Assembly: GCF_009914755.1 (NCBI RefSeq)
Contig: NC_060933.1
Source of the DNA: the human T2T-CHM13v2.0 reference genome, Homo sapiens
Direction: 5' to 3' (one strand)
DNA length: 64,000 bases
Of the stretch, positions 1-16,044 are shown one piece after another (position 1 is the first letter of the stretch; every line of letters starts with the position of its first letter). The translations under genes and the position numbers were made by a program. The notes under the pieces were generated by a model. It saw nothing but the letters and a program-made list of their open reading frames with translations. It made no database searches and was not told the origin of the DNA.

Positions 1-388
1 GGTCAAAATGAATCAAGAGATAAGATATGTGTATCTGTGAGACTTTTAGACCTAAAACCAGGCTACCCATGACAACTATTTATTGGCTCTCTTAACTGTA
101 TTAAAGCACAAATACAAAAAGATAAACATGTTGTCTAAAAATAAATCAATAAATTGGTCTACTCTACCCACTTCAGCATTGCGAAGGAACTACTGTGCAA
201 CTCAGTCTACACTGTGCTGTTTCTTCTGGCACGTTTCTTGAATTTGATTTGCACAGCAGAAAAGAATCCTCTCATAGGGCATTATTTATGTATCAGCACA
301 GCAAATACTTTGGTCAGCTACCCAATACTAATAAAACTAACGCCTGTTTATGGTTCATCTTAGTCTCACTTGTTTTCTCTTTTCAAAT

Positions 389-711
389 TGTGTTGTTGCT
401 GTTATTGTTGCCATTGTTGTTGTTGAGACAGGGTCTTGCTTTGTCACCCAGGGTGGAATGCAGTGGTACAATCAACGGCTCACTGCAGCCTCAACCTCCC
501 GGGCTCAAATGATCCTCCCACCTCAGCCTCCTGAGTAGCTGAGAGTACAGGTATGTGCCACCATGCCCAAAGAGTTTTATTTATTTTTGTAGAGATGAGG
601 TCTCACTATGTTGCCCAAGCTGTCCAGCTGTCCTTAACTGGACTCAAGCAATCTTCCCTCCTTGGCCTCCCAGAGTGCCGGGACTATAGGCATGAGCCAC
701 TGTGCCCAGCC
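389..711 (-). mobile_element. AluJ with (GTT)n-degenerate tail
   Basis: Dimeric Alu in antisense with J-type positions. Confidence 0.9.
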
Positions 712-713
712 TT

Positions 714-838
714 TTAAATGTTTTAATTGGCAAATAATAAATTTATTTATGGGGTATAATGTGTGATATTTTGATATATGTATACAATGAAATAAATAAA
801 TCAAGTCGATTAACATATTGATCACCTCACTTATTATT
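714..838 (-). mobile_element. L1MA-type 3' end fragment
   Basis: tttatggggtataatgtg...atcacctcac resembles the antisense L1MA 3' terminus. Confidence 0.7.
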
Positions 839-1037
839 TCAGTCTCTCTTGTTTATTTTCAAACCTTAGAAGCTTTGTATAAATAAAAGCATATTTAGCC
901 TTAAGGAATGAAGTCAGTGGTTATTTCAACCACCTCTTGGCCCATATGCCCTTCCGTTTTTCTCCCCAAACCGTGCTTTTATGATCAATATGCCTCTCTA
1001 AGCTTAGGTGAAAATTTCAGCCCCATAATTTATAAGT

Positions 1038-1200
1038 GAAGTGAGCTTGGACCAGCTACTTAAACTTTCTGGCTTCAGTTTCTTCATCTGTAAAATGAGA
1101 ATGATAATAATATTCATCTCTTGAAGTAGCTGAAAGAATTAATTATACAATGCATGCAAAGCCCTTAGCATACTGCCTGATACTTAATAAATGCTTAACA
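1038..1200 (+). mobile_element. MIR
   Basis: Core cttcagtttcttcatctgtaaaatgagaatgataata. Confidence 0.8.
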
Positions 1201-1301
1201 TTTTTTTATTTATTTTTCTTTATTATCATAAAGGCCACTCGGTGATCATTGATAATCCATTTTGAAAAGTCTGTACAATCTATTAGAACAGAAATTCCTT
1301 T

Positions 1302-1432
1302 GGCCAGGCATGGCATCGCACACCTGTAATCCCAACACTTTGGAAGGCCAAGGTGGTGAATTGCTTGAGCCTTAGGAGTTTGAGGCCAACCTGGGCAACA
1401 TAGCAAGACCCCATCTCAACAACAACAAAAAA
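1302..1432 (+). mobile_element. FLAM_C (free left Alu monomer)
   Basis: Single left monomer with A-rich tail. Confidence 0.85.
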
Positions 1433-2017
1433 GAAATTATTTTATTTTCTTCTTTTTTGACCTGAAGCATTTATGTAATGTTGGTATTGTTCTTATCTAT
1501 GAAGACTGGGTATTGGGAAAGTCATGCAAAAACCCAGGAGAACCCTTTGGTGCCAAATGTTGAGAGTATAGGGGTCCATCAGGGACTAAATGTGAGCTAA
1601 AAGTCACAAGGTTCCAGGCAACAGGAAGATAGAGCACCAGCTGAAACCCTGAGATAACTTTGGAACTAGGAATGGAGGCCACCTTTACTGACACTTTCTT
1701 GTAATCTTTCCCAATCAATTTTGCTTATTTGGTATGTGGGTTGCTATGGTGATGGGATAATGGGAAGAAACTGTACAACAGATGGTCCTAATCTATTTAA
1801 ACTTTACTAAAGTTTATTCCTTTGAGGTAAAACTGTGACAGCACATACCTAGTTGCTAAGATGCCAGTAAGCATCATGACTTTAGTCTGGCCTCTGTCTT
1901 CCCTATACATCCTTGTAACCCAGGGATGCCACCATTTATGCCAAGTAATACGATTTGGTGAGGGTTAAAGACTGCTATTTGGTAGCAGTTAAGCATATGC
2001 TTATGTAAGGATCTAAA

Positions 2018-2313
2018 GGCTGAGCACGGTGACTCACACCTGTGCTTCCAGCACTTTGGGAGGCCAAGCCGGGAGAATCACTGGAGGCCAGGAATTCAGG
2101 TCCAACCTGGGTGACATAGTGAAGCCCCATCTCTATAAAAACTAGAAAAAAATTGCCAGTGTGGTGGTGCACACCTGTACTCCCAGTACTTGGGAGGTTG
2201 AGGTGGGAGGAGCACTTGAGCCCAGGAGGTTGAAGCTACAGTGAACTTTGATCATGCCATTGCACTCCAGCCTGGCAAACAGAGATACAGAGTTAGACCT
2301 CATCTAAACACAC

Positions 2314-2350
<37 letters not shown>
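2018..2350 (+). mobile_element. AluJ with (CA)n tail at 2307-2350
   Basis: Dimer; TSD aaggatctaaa/aagaatctaaa. Confidence 0.9.
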
Positions 2351-2352
<2 letters not shown>

Positions 2353-2389
2353 GAATCTAAAAGATTTTACTATAAAGTTGTAAAAAGAA

Positions 2390-2580
2390 CTTGAGATTTG
2401 GAATCACAAAAATTTAGCTTTCAAAGCTTCCCTCCACCACTTAATAGCTCTGTGTTCTTGGATGTTTGTTTACCTCTAGAACCTTATACAACAGGACAAT
2501 AGTGTCTGTTCTCACTGCTTAGTAGTTGTTATGATAATCAAATGAATTAACAAACTTGGAAACTGTTTATGAACTGTCAC
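2390..2580 (+). mobile_element. MIR (diverged)
   Basis: ctccaccacttaatagctctgtgttcttgg...ataatcaaatgaattaa. Confidence 0.6.
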
Positions 2581-2833
2581 ACATCATAAAGGTATTTTGG
2601 TACTATCCAAATGACTGCCTTAGAGTGAGGCTCCATGCAACCTTTTCAGAGAAGTTGCTGCCTGTCTCCCAGAATAAGGTTAATGAGCTGAATTAGAAGG
2701 TGACACTTCCCAACAAACCACCAACCTAATGAGCACCCCGAATAAGAGCTTTGGAAAAGCACTGCATTGAACAAAATGTCTTTTAAACCTGTTTACCTTC
2801 TCCCAAAAATTTCTTAGTAGAAAACAAAATTAA

Positions 2834-3034
<201 letters not shown>

Positions 3035-3299
3035 TAAAAAAAAGAAAAAACAAAATTAAAACTGTAAAATTAAAAGTTTACCAAATGCTTACAATAACTC
3101 ATGCCTGGCCATTTTTTAAAAATAAAATACAGGTTGAAATTAGTACAAATCCATTCAGACCTTACCTAAACAGAAAGAACCAAGCTGTAACATTTGATGA
3201 CAGTTTGAAAATATCTATTGGAATAATGGTACAATCTATAAGATACTGAGGCTTAACTCTATAAAAGATATCATCAGCAAGTATGGGTAAGGTTGCTAA

Positions 3300-3608
<309 letters not shown>

Positions 3609-4552
3609 TAAAACGTTTGACAGGTTATACCTCCATTTCCTTGCAGTTAGTATTCTGGGTTATTTCTAGCCAAAGGTTGAGATTTCTGTACTTAGGATTA
3701 TGATTTTTATCTTTATATGTATCTCTTACAGTGTGACTGTCAATTTCATAAATGAACTATTTCCCCATCTTCTAGCTTTGATGAGGTTTTTTTTTTAAAA
3801 AATAAGGAAATTAAAGCCAAAGAGCCTCTTATTTCTATTAAGATTAATTTTTTATCTTTGAATATTTATTCTAAAATGTGGGGTACATAATTTGCCTAAG
3901 CCCTTTAGCAATAGCAGAGCAAGCCAAATTTCAGCATATGTGATAGTCATAATTATGTAAGATCATTTTTTAACATGTTTCCATTTTCTATCTGTTCTGT
4001 CTTCCAAGATGTCATATCCTTTGCAAAGAAAATGAATAAAATATAAAATGTGATATATTTCCATCTCTGCAGAATATTTTTCACTTCATTGAAACTTGAT
4101 ACATAGATTCAACATAGACTATTAGTTCTAAAATTATTTGAGTATCTGTATTAAGCTTTAATCATTTTTTAATTGTCGTCTTCGTGGAAAAGAAACCTAA
4201 ATTTTTTTCACAATGTGCCGTATTTTACAAAGTTTGCAACATTTTTAAAAGAATTTTCCTCTCAACAAGAATAATTTTTTTCTCCTAATTAAGCAATAAA
4301 TAGAAGTATGCAAAACAAGCCATTGGTTTAAAACTACATGGCAATAGAAAAGGCTTTTGTTTTCGCCTGCTTTGAGGAAACTCAATATAGTGTTTTAGAA
4401 AGGTTGGCAGAGGTGCTGACGGGGAGAAAAGGAGGCCCCCTTGCCCCAGTTTCAAGCCTTTTAAACCGAACTTGCATTCTAGGTCATCCACTATGTGTGG
4501 TGGTTAGGCTCCTAGTTTAGAATATTTTACATAGATAAAGAGAGGCTTTTTT

Positions 4553-5367
4553 CATATGAAAAAAAGCTCAATATCACTGATCACTAGAGAAATGCAAATC
4601 AAATCCACAATGAGGTACCATTTCCTACCAGTCAGAATGGCTATTATTAAAGAGTCAAAAAATAACAGATGCTGGTGAGGTTGTGGTTGTGGGGAAAAGG
4701 GAACACTTATACACTGTTGGTGGGAGTGTAAATTAGTTCAACCATTGTGGAAAGCAGTATGGTGATTCCTCAGTGAGTTAAAAGCAGAACTACCACTTGA
4801 CCCAGCAATCCCATTACTGGGTATATACCTAAGGAATATAAATCATTCTACCATAAAGACACAAGCATGCAAATGTTCACTGCAGCACTATTCAAAATAG
4901 CAAAGACCTGGAATCAACCTAAATGCCCATCAATGACAGACTGGGTAAAGAAAATGTCCATGGTACATATATGCCCCGTATATGTACCACGTATGCGTAC
5001 CAAAGTATATGTCCATGGTTCATATACACCATAGAATATTATGCAGCCATAAAAAGAGCAAGATCATGTCTTTTGCAGGAACATGGATGGAGCTGGAGGC
5101 TATCATCCTTAGCAACCTAACACAGGAACAGAAAACCAAATACTGCACATTCTCACTTACAAGTAGGAGTTAAATGATAAGAACTTATGAACACAAAGAA
5201 GGAAACAAAAGACACTAGGTTCTACTTGATGGGGGAGGGTAGGGGGAAGGAGAGGAGCAGAAAAGATAACTATTGGATAGTGGGGATAATACCTGGGTGA
5301 TGAAATAATATGTACAAAAAACGATCTGCATAACAAACCCTCACATGTACCCCTGAACCTAAAATAA
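4553..5367 (+). mobile_element. L1 3' end (old L1PA, L1PA13-16-like): ORF2 C-terminus and 3'UTR
   Basis: gaaatgcaaatcaaa, cccagcaatcccattactgggtatatacc, and 3'UTR ending ccctgaacctaaaataa. Confidence 0.9.
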
Positions 5368-5410
5368 TTTTTCTTTTTAAAAAGAAACTTTTTTTTAAAA
5401 GAAATGTTTC

Positions 5411-5707
5411 GCCAGGTGCAGTGGGTCATGCCTGTAATCCCAGCACTTTGGGAGGCTGAGGCGGGCGGATCACCTGAGGTCAGGAGTTTGAGATGAGCCT
5501 GACCAACATGGAGAAACCCTGTCTCTACTAAAAATACAAAATCAGCTGGGCGTGGTGGCGCTTGCCTGTAATACCAGCTATTCGGGAGGCTGAGGCAGAA
5601 GAATCGCTTGCACCTGGGAGGCGGAGGTTGTGGTCAACAAAGATCGTGCCATTGCACTACATCCTGAGCAACAAGAGCAAAACTCTGTCTCAAAAAAAAA
5701 AAAAAAA
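5411..5707 (+). mobile_element. AluSp
   Basis: gaccaacatggagaaaccc diagnostic; TSD aaaagaaatgtttc. Confidence 0.9.
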
Positions 5708-6339
5708 GAAATGTTTCATAATATGTATTGGTAATAAAAATAGTAAGATGGACACCCCAAAGAGGATAAGCAGTTTATCCTACCCCATGACATGAAACTG
5801 CTTGTGTCAAACTCTTCATGTTTCCAAACACGATAGTCCTCAACAGTTGACTGTGGGATAATTTCAAGCCTTTATTGGCAATGACACCACAAAAGAAGAA
5901 TATAAAGCGAAGACCGATGTCGTGCAACATTCTCTATCATTATGATAGTCTGGTTCAGATTGCCTCTCCAAAACTGGTTCATTGTCAAATGGCTCATCAG
6001 CTTTGGCTGTTATGCTACTATATGTCTACGCCAGCACAAAAGAGCTAGGAAATCATAATGATCAAGAAGAACAGAATAGTTTAACTTTTGAAAATAAAAA
6101 GTGACATCTGTATCTTTATATAAAATGAAGTTTGGGTCATTGCATCTAAAATTGTAGTGTCACCCAAGTTACTGTGTAAATAGCTGCATGTTCAGAAGCT
6201 AATGTTGTGTAAGTGGTCACAGCTCTCTTTTCAAGGGAAAAGAATGGAAACATGAAAGTTAAGTACTTAATACCACAGCATAAATCAGTGACTTTTCTCT
6301 CGGAAAAAGCTATCAGGGGCTCCCACTGCTTTAGCATCA

Positions 6340-6723
<384 letters not shown>

Positions 6724-6834
6724 CTATTGCAAGAATGGAAGCCTTTCTTTTAAATATGTGAAGACATTTAACATGGATGAGCATGTAGAGTACTGCCCAG
6801 AAATCATCCTGAAAGCTACCATTACTGTATGAGT

Positions 6835-6918
6835 AACTTTTTAAAGTATATTGTTATAGATTCTAATCATGCTCATAACCTTTTAAAGTATATTGTTATA
6901 GATCCTAATCATGCTCAT
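6835..6918 (+). repeat. 42-bp tandem duplication, 2 copies with 2 mismatches
   Basis: 6835-6876 vs 6877-6918; NFLKYIVIDSNHAH / NLLKYIVIDPNHAH. Confidence 0.95.
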
Positions 6919-7354
6919 AATCTTGATGAGGGTGCTGCAAGTTTACAAGCAGAATGTGATGGATTTGAAAATAAATTTCTAAAAGCTGGAGGAATAAATA
7001 TTTCTGTTGCTAGGAATGATCCTCATAAGAGACAGACACAAGGCATTTTCCCTGTACAAAGCAAAAGTGGAAAAGATTATTTTAGCTTTCCAGCAGCATC
7101 CCCAAACTATTTGTTTATATGCTGAAGATGCTACTTTAGAACTAACAGTGAAAATTGTGAAACACTTTACGGTTTAATGAACATGCACAGTAAACTTGTG
7201 GGTCCACTCCAGAGTATGATAGAACGAAATTGAAGGCGATTGGAGTAAAATTCTCTTTGAAAGAATAAAATACTTAAATAATTTTTTAACTACTCAATAT
7301 GATACAACATGGGGAATTCTGGAGGTTGTAATTGTTTTAAAAATCCAATGACTA

Positions 7355-7673
<319 letters not shown>

Positions 7674-7846
7674 TTATATTTAGAGTGTGTCTATTTAATA
7701 CAAGGGCTTAGGAGACATAGTTGGCTCTCACAACTGACCAGCTGTTTATTATAAATAAATATTTTAAAATAAACTTTGTTACACATAGCCAGCCTATAAA
7801 ACAGCACAGAAATGAAATATCTGCCTGTTTTAAAGTTGTAAAAGTT

Positions 7847-7970
7847 AGCCAGGTGCAGTGGTGTGTGCCTATAGTCCCAGCTACTCAGGAGACTGAAGTG
7901 AGAGGATTCCCTTGAACCCAGGGTTTTGAGTCCAGACTGGGCAACATAGCAAGACTCTCTTTAAAAAAAA
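7847..7970 (+). mobile_element. FLAM_A in pseudogene 3'UTR
   Basis: Monomer; host UTR resumes after it. Confidence 0.8.
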
Positions 7971-8209
7971 TTCAAAAATTATTTTAAAGGTGAAGATTTT
8001 GCACATCAAGTACCATTTAAGAGTTTGACTCCAGTGGCATAATATACATAGATTTGTATTGTTTAATTACATGAAGAGACAGCAAACCTTTTCAGTATCA
8101 AACAACTTATCTTTGCAAACCTTTATTTATAACATGCTATCTACTTATTTTCTGCGCATTAGACACAAGCTTTTTTGCATAAAGGTGACTTAATCATCTT
8201 TCTGTGTTA

Positions 8210-8712
<503 letters not shown>

Positions 8713-8756
8713 TTAATATAAGGTTGTTGGCAATCATACTAAGAAAATTATTTTGA

Positions 8757-9119
<363 letters not shown>

Positions 9120-9425
9120 TGATTACTGTTAAACTTAATAAATAATTAAACTTATTGTTTACATATAAAAAAATGTCTAAAACGATAATGCGATAAAGTG
9201 CATGCAAATTACTGTAAAGTATTTTACATTACCATAGCAACGTGCATGATTAAATTGCAAATAAAAGCATACTGCTTTCTACTTTTAGCTCAAATAATGC
9301 TTATAATCAGCAAACAAAAAGCTATCAGGAAGGCCTTAGCAGGTACTGTGGTCTGATTTCGCTGAATGCCCAAAGCCATTAATAATCCAATTCTCCATCC
9401 CCTTCCTGGATGTGGCTCCACTTTG

Positions 9426-9439
9426 CCAGTAGAGGGCAC
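9426..9439 (+). promoter_or_regulatory. CTCF core motif (forward)
   Basis: CCAGTAGAGGGCAC fits CCASYAGRKGGCRS at every position; binding not demonstrated. Confidence 0.55.
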
Positions 9440-10575
9440 CATGTGCATACAGGGCAGAGAGAGCCAAAGGCTTATTATTAAGTAGGACAGCCTCTGGCAC
9501 TGTTTTCTTTGTCTTCAAAGGAGTAGCCCAGCCAGTGTGAGTGTGGTTGGAGATCAGAGCTGAAGGGCAGGTTGTTACAGCAATTATGCAGAACTTCAAA
9601 CTTTCTTATGATGTCCCTCAGCAGTTCACCATCCAGAAGAGCCTGAGTTCAGCCTTGACCCAAATGGGAAAACAAGGTGTAATTATAATCAAATGGCTGT
9701 TGGTAGAGGTTGATTGCTGGCAAAATGGACAAACAGGAGGAAGTGGAGGTTGAGGTCTTTTGTGTTTGAGGTAGTCCATGTAGCAAAAATCAGACCAAGC
9801 TGGGGGGTCAGGAGACCTGGTTATATCAATTTGGGGGTCACTCTGTACAAACTAAGAGGAGGAACCGAAGTTCCAAATACATTTACAAGCTTTGCTTTTG
9901 CTTTTACTACACATGCTCAACATGATAATTACTTTTTTTTTACTTTGCTGTTATAATTATGGAAATTAATATGTCCACTCATTTAAATATTTATAAAATA
10001 TTTGGTTTGGAAGAATACAACCATATTTTTTATGCATGGTATGTTTAAAGATTCAACTTTGGCTAATATTTATTTTAACTCTGTAATGTTTATGTAATTT
10101 AGAGCAATCTAACTAATTTTTAATATAGCAAAGAACAGCTAGCAATGGCTGAGATTATTGCAGAAATGTGCAAAATTGTGCTTATCTCATTAAAGATTTC
10201 TTTGAGACTCTCCTAAGAGCAAATAAAGTGCCTAACTTCCCAGAGGCAGATTTTATATGGAAAAGAAAAGATATACAATGTAGAATTGTTCAAAATGTTA
10301 GAGACAATATATGTAAAGTGGCTGTTGCATGCTCAATAAATGATCTCCTTGTCTGCTTTTTAATAGCATTATTTTAGGAGTGAGGCTGCATTAAAGTAGA
10401 TCTCTCTAGGTCATAAATCTAACCTGAAAATAACATGGACATCTCATGTTCAGGTTAATCACATTGTCATAACTATAAAGAACCACATCTTGCCACAAAG
10501 AACAATGAAGGGGTTATATAGATTATTTAGGTCTTAACTCTGGGTCTCTTGATGAGGCAACAAAAAAGGAATTTC

Positions 10576-10675
10576 CACTTTGGGAAGCCGAGGTGGGAGG
10601 ATTGCTTGAGCCCAGGAGTTTGAGACCAGTGTGGGCAATATAGTGAGACCCCGTCTCTTTAAAAAACAACAACAA
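10576..10675 (+). mobile_element. 5'-truncated FLAM_C
   Basis: TSD aaaaggaatttc. Confidence 0.85.
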
Positions 10676-10886
10676 CAAAAGGAATTTCATTGCACAACAC
10701 AGAGCAAATCTTCATAAACATCCTCCTTAGAGAACACCCACCTGTCCTTTTCTCCATGTCAGCTACTCACTCCTTCATTCACCTTAAAACACTCACCATT
10801 CCAGTCTTCTTCTCAATTCTCTTGCCCCTCACTCTTTTCTTTCATTGTGTAACTCCTTGCCCTTGCTTCTAGAGAACAGTAATTCA

Positions 10887-11198
<312 letters not shown>

Positions 11199-11209
11199 TT
11201 AAAGGAATC

Positions 11210-11387
11210 AGAAACCCTTTGACCTGGAAAGGATCAACAAGTCCAAATCTCATATTTTACAGATTAGAAGGCTGAGACCCAGAGAGGGTAATTGGATTGT
11301 CCAAGTTTCCCTGATTAATTACAAAGCTGGGATCAGAATGCAGATTCATTGACCCTGACCTGCTTTGTCCATTATAGCACACTGCCT
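11210..11387 (-). mobile_element. MIR/MIR3
   Basis: attttacagattagaaggctgagacccagagaggg. Confidence 0.75.
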
Positions 11388-11906
11388 TGAGCTAAGTTTT
11401 AAGCTACATTTTCATTATAATGAGGTGTTTCTTACTATAAGAAATCTTAAAATAGAAATAAAATCATCTTTCATAGGGTTTTCTTTTCCCATTGCTATTT
11501 TGGAACAACTTTTCTGCCTATTTCATCTAAATGATACACTATAAATAATTCGGAAATACAGTGTATGTATTTTTATAAAGGGTGATTTTGCAAATATGTT
11601 GAGAAAATCATATGTAGGTAACATTACACTAGTTTACTTAAAATAAAACAACTACAAATCTTTCTTAAAATTGGAAATTTATCTCATCCACTCCATTTAT
11701 TTGATAAGAAACAAAATGAACTTTTTTTTCTCCTTTATCACCTCTGGTTTTGTGCTAAGATCAAGTACAAATCTTTGGGAGAAATACTAAATTCTGAGTA
11801 GAACATATTGTAAATGGCATTGTCATAAGAACTAGCAATACAAAGATGGGTAAGTCATTCTCTTGAGCACCTCAGTCTAGTAGAACGACCTAGCTGTACT
11901 CACTCC

Positions 11907-12240
11907 TTTTGTTTTTTATTTGTCTTTTTGTTTTGTTTTGGTTTTTTGTTTTTATTTTTGAGACAGGGTCTTGCTCTGTTGCCCAGGCTGGAGTGCAGTG
12001 GCATGATCACAGTGCATTGCAGCCTCACCCTCCAAGGCTCACGTGATCCTCCCACCTCAGCCTCCTGAGTAGCTGGGACCACAGACGCATGCCAACGTGC
12101 CTGACTAGTTTTTAAATTTTTCGTAGAGACAAGGTCTCCCTATATTGGCCAGGCTGGTCTCTAAATCCTAGGCTCAAGTGATTCTCCCACCTTGGCTTCC
12201 CAAAGTGCTGGGATTACAGGTGTGAGACACCACGTCCAGC
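11907..12240 (-). mobile_element. AluJ
   Basis: Antisense dimer with T-rich tail. Confidence 0.9.
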
Positions 12241-12260
12241 AGAAATATTCTTTATCATCA

Positions 12261-12590
<330 letters not shown>

Positions 12591-12591
12591 A

Positions 12592-12730
12592 AATAAAGTA
12601 TAAAGGAGGATATATATAGGTGATATGAAAGTACTACTCTACTTTATATTAGGGACTTGAGCATCCTTGAATTTTGTTATCCGTGGGGAGTCCTGGAACC
12701 AATCCCCTGCAGATATCAAGGGATGATTAT
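12592..12730 (+). mobile_element. MER2, one half only
   Basis: agggacttgagcatcc...tcctggaaccaatcccctgcagatatcaagggatga. Confidence 0.85.
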
Positions 12731-12959
12731 TTATGAATCTGTTGCCAATAAAACTAATCCCATACATATATGGTTATCTGCTCTACAATATTTTCATCTG
12801 CAAACTGAGTGCAGGATGGTGTCATGGTTTTTGGTATAATTAACAGGAAAAAAAAATAAAATGTGCAAAACTAGCTCAAGTGTGATTGTCTTTATCTGGG
12901 AACAAAAGAGACTGTCTGTGATTCTTTGCAACCTACTTTGGTTTAAATTAAGAACATTT

Positions 12960-13275
12960 GGCCAGGCGCAGTGGCTCACACCTGTAATCCCAGCACTTTG
13001 GGAGGCCAAGGCTGGTAGATCACCTGAGATCAGGAGTTCGAGACCAGCCTGGCCAACATGGTGAAACCCCATCTCTACTAAAAATACAAAAATTACCTGG
13101 GTATGGTGGCAGGTGCCTGTAATCCCAGCTACTAGCAGGGGCCGATGCAGGAGAATTGCTTGAACCCAGGAGGCGGAGGTTGCAGTGAGCCAAGATCATA
13201 GCACTGCACTCCAGCCAGGGCAACAGAATGAGACTCCGTCTCAAAATAAAATAAAACAAAATAAAATAAAATAAA
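12960..13275 (+). mobile_element. AluSx with (AAAAT)n tail
   Basis: TSD aaattaagaacattt. Confidence 0.9.
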
Positions 13276-13530
13276 TTAAGAACATTTGTGGTAAATCACC
13301 TACATTTAAGTGTAGAGGTTGAATGCTAATATTTTTCACTTCTCTCCTTGGCAATGATTTTAAAAGCTAACTCCCCACATTAGTGAGGACACTAGGAAAT
13401 TTGCCCTCTAATATGCCATTGGTAGGAATGTAAGTTGGCATAACGCTGGTAAGCAATTTGGCAGTGAATACCAAGTAGAAAATAGTCATGACCTTTGACT
13501 CAACAATTTTGCTTTTAAGAACTTGCATAC

Positions 13531-13828
13531 AGCTGGGAACGGTGGCTCATTCTCATAATCCCAGTACTTTGGGAGGCTGAGGTGGGAAGACTGCTTGGGG
13601 CCAGGAGTTCGACACCAGCTGGAGCAACATGTTGAAATCCTGTCTCTACAAAAATAAAAACTGAAAAAAGTATCTGGGCATAGTGGCTTATGCCTGTAGT
13701 CTCAGCTACTTGAGAGGCTGAGGCAGAGGATTGCTTGAGTCCACGAAGTCGAGGATGCAGTGAGCTATGATCATGCCACTGCACTCCAGCCTGGGCAATA
13801 TAGCAAGACCCTCTTTGGGAAAAAAAAA
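13531..13828 (+). mobile_element. AluJ
   Basis: Dimer inside the L1ME. Confidence 0.88.
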
Positions 13829-14087
13829 GGATTTGCTTATGAAAACAATCAGAGTTAGGGAAAAGAATTTTGATCACGGCATTATTTATAATTACAAAAA
13901 AACCTGAAGAACATTTAAGTACCCAACAAGAGGGAACTGGTTAACTACATTATGGTAAAAGCATAGGATGGAATAGTATAGGCTGCTGAAAATATTGTAA
14001 AATAAGATTTAATGGTATGAGAAGATGTTTATTATGTATTTTAAGAAAAAAGAATATCTACACATACACACACAAAAAAACACATAG

Positions 14088-14562
<475 letters not shown>

Positions 14563-15754
14563 TAAAGAGTATATAACAAAAATGCCACAACGATTCTCCC
14601 TGAATGGTAATATGATGAAGAGTATTTATTTCCTTCTCTGTATTTTTCTGTACTTTCTAAATATTCTACAATAAATATGTACTATTTTTGTAATTAAGAA
14701 AAAGTTATTTCTTTTTTTTTTAAGCCAGACTCTTCTCAGTTGATTGTCCAAATGGGATAAGGGCGTATATTTAAGAGAAAATACGCATCAGTGCTGCAAT
14801 GTGTTCAGAGCACGCTTACTATTGCAGTTGTGCGCAAACCATTTGTCAAGCCTCAAGCACACCCTTGGCTCTGGAGCTCAGCACAGTTTCCTTTCTGTGA
14901 GTAACATTCTATCCAAAAAGGAGCGCCTCAGCAGGCTGTTCCTGAGCCACTAAACCTTCCAACACCCTGTGAGCATAGCAGAAAGGCCAATTCCCCACTG
15001 AACCGGCAGATGGTGAAACATCCCCTTGGCTCTTGTACATCCAGACATATTGGTGCAGACACAGCTGCAAAAAGGCAAGCAAGTTCTCCAAGGCCAGGCA
15101 AAATTAGTCCTTTCTCAAGGGAGTGCTCTGCTATGCCAGCTGGCATTTCCTGCCATGCTCCCAGCCTGTTTTGAGGGTGGATAATGGACAAAAATGGAGA
15201 GGGCTTAAACTGAAGGACTGAGTATCTCAACCAGTGCAGAGCTGGGCTTTGAACACCGTGAATACACTGTCAGGAAGTAACAGTCTTTCAGGAAGCAAAG
15301 AATTCCATATGACAGCAAAGTAGAAAGAGGCCTGGACTGTGAATTAGGAGCCCTGGGTGCTTGTTACATCTCACAGTCTCCCCTCTTTTCAGTTCCTTCT
15401 TCTATAAAATATTGGGGGTGGGCTAGGGAGTCAATAGATGAAATGAGCTATAAAAGTTGCTTCCAGCCTTCAAGACCTTATACTGATTAATAATGAAGTC
15501 ATGCAATATAGATTTCAGTCAATAAAAATTTACTCAATACCTAGTATGTCTGGCAAGAAGGAGCCAGATAAATAAAACACTGTGGCCACCCACAGGACTC
15601 ACTGTCCAAAGCATTGGAAAATTTCTTGGTTTCAATATGTATAATTATCCACTATACTATTTATTTAAGATAATGTTTTCCTCAAGATTGAATTTTCTCT
15701 GTTGCCAATAAAGTTAATTCCATTTTCGATGAACAATGTGTGTGCTGTATACTG

Positions 15755-15947
15755 GGAGACAGTATAGGTTTAGGTTAAAAGCATGAATTATAGACTCAGA
15801 AAGTCCCAGTTAAATCTGAGCTCCACCATTTCTTAACTGAGTGATCTTCAAAAAATTACTTAAATTCTCTCAGCTTCAGTTTCCTCATCTGTAAAATGGG
15901 AATAATAATGGTACTTACTTCTTGGGACTATTGTAGGAAATGAATGA
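15755..15947 (+). mobile_element. MIR
   Basis: cttcagtttcctcatctgtaaaatgggaataataat. Confidence 0.85.
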
Positions 15948-16044
15948 CCTGAGTCATTTACATTAAATGAAGTCTCAGTAAATCCCTATTATCTGTTGTT
16001 AATATAGGAAGTTTAAAATAATTTTAATATCAGTTTTTAAAAAG

